Shown piece by piece: positions 20,244 to 20,954 of a DNA stretch of 20,954 nucleotides. A program made the translations under genes and the position numbers. The DNA comes from Octopus sinensis (lineage: Eukaryota). How positions within the stretch are numbered: position 1 is the first letter of the stretch; every line of letters begins with the position of its first letter. The DNA lies in contig NW_021823839.1 of the NCBI RefSeq assembly GCF_006345805.1, positions 1 to 20,954 on the forward strand, read 5' to 3'. Below the pieces are notes generated by a model that ran no database searches, was not told the DNA's origin, and saw nothing but the letters and a program-made list of their open reading frames with translations.

Positions 20244-20460
20244 GGAGATGTACTTGCATAGCAGGTGACCTGATCTGAGATCTGGTGTGCTGGAACTAAA
20301 ACAATTGCAGCGTGGAAGGTGTTTTTAAGCCGTTTAAGAGACACACAAAAACCGTTAGAGTCACTTCACGTATTTAAATTAAAATTTAAAGTTGAAGTGA
20401 ATCTAACAGTTTTGGTGTTTATTAAATGGCTTATAAACACCTTCCACGCTGCAATTGTTT
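20244..20460. repeat. Interspersed repeat ending in a fold-back (arms 20299-20380 and 20383-20460)
   Basis: AAACAATTGCAGCGTGGAAGGTGTTT(T/A)TAAGCC..TTAGA.TCACTTCA..TTTAAATT mirrored around a 2-nt loop. Confidence 0.85.
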
Positions 20461-20535
20461 ATATATATATATATTTATACATGTATATATATATATGGAA
20501 TATATTATATAATATATTATATACATATGGATATA

Positions 20536-20596
<61 letters not shown>

Positions 20597-20616
20597 TATA
20601 TATATATATATATATA

Positions 20617-20902
20617 ATGTACCCGGTCCGGGTTGATTCGGGGTTAACCACAGTAATAAGGTTACTCAATACATAGCAGAGTAAAATTAATTTATTATAT
20701 AGAAGGAGCTTCTACAGGACTAGAAACTGTTCATTCAAGAGAAATCTTCAGGAAGCTAGTTAACAAGAATTGTATTGGCATTTATACATTTAGGCAGGTT
20801 TAAAGGGGTGTTGGTGGGGGACTTTTTTTGGGGTAGGCATTAGCGCAAAAAAACATACTTGGGGGAGTGGTCAAGGAGTCAGTGTTAAATTAGATAGGAG
20901 AA
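20617..20902 (-). mobile_element. Penelope-like terminal repeat fragment (hammerhead family 3)
   Basis: Non-microsatellite block between (TA)n and (TAAAAAA)n containing a minus-strand CTGAAGA...GAACAG hammerhead-like fold; the Penelope assignment is inferred from that motif. Confidence 0.55.
20707..20757 (-). ncRNA. Type I hammerhead-like motif (family 3), one core A missing
   Basis: Minus strand AGCUUC-CUGAAGA-UUUCucuuGAAU-GAA-[A missing]-CAG-uuucuaguc-CUG-U-A-GAAGCU; perfect 6-bp stem I, GUA triplet. Confidence 0.62.
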
Positions 20903-20954
20903 TAAATAAAAATAAAAAATAAAAAATAAAAAATAAAAAATAAAAATAAAAAAT
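20903..20954. repeat. (TAAAAAA)n heptamer repeat, runs off the window end
   Basis: Directly visible. Confidence 0.93.

Overview
AT-rich, microsatellite-dense eukaryotic non-coding DNA with no recognisable host exon. The SINE families look like those I recall from Octopus genomes, so a cephalopod origin is inferred from memory, not from a search. Most ORF-track entries are artefacts of simple repeats; a few overlap decayed transposon coding sequence. The window is a layered transposon graveyard. It holds a decayed R4/Dong-type (RT + CCHC + restriction-like endonuclease) non-LTR element at about 2.3-5.35 kb with nested insertions, and a second R4/Dong fragment at about 13.1-13.8 kb. It also holds an internally deleted mariner, an internally deleted rosa/maT-like Tc1/mariner element, three TA-flanked MITEs, a Helitron remnant and about 13 SINE copies or fragments from roughly 4 families. 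The most interesting signals are: (i) six type I hammerhead-ribozyme-like motifs of three sequence families, in Penelope-like terminal repeats, one (8811-8856) with all core nucleotides; (ii) two tandem tRNA-Ala(UGC) relics with Pol III terminators fused directly to the R4/Dong RT sequence; (iii) at least seven long fold-back palindromes. All structures and translations were read by eye and were not computed or database-searched.
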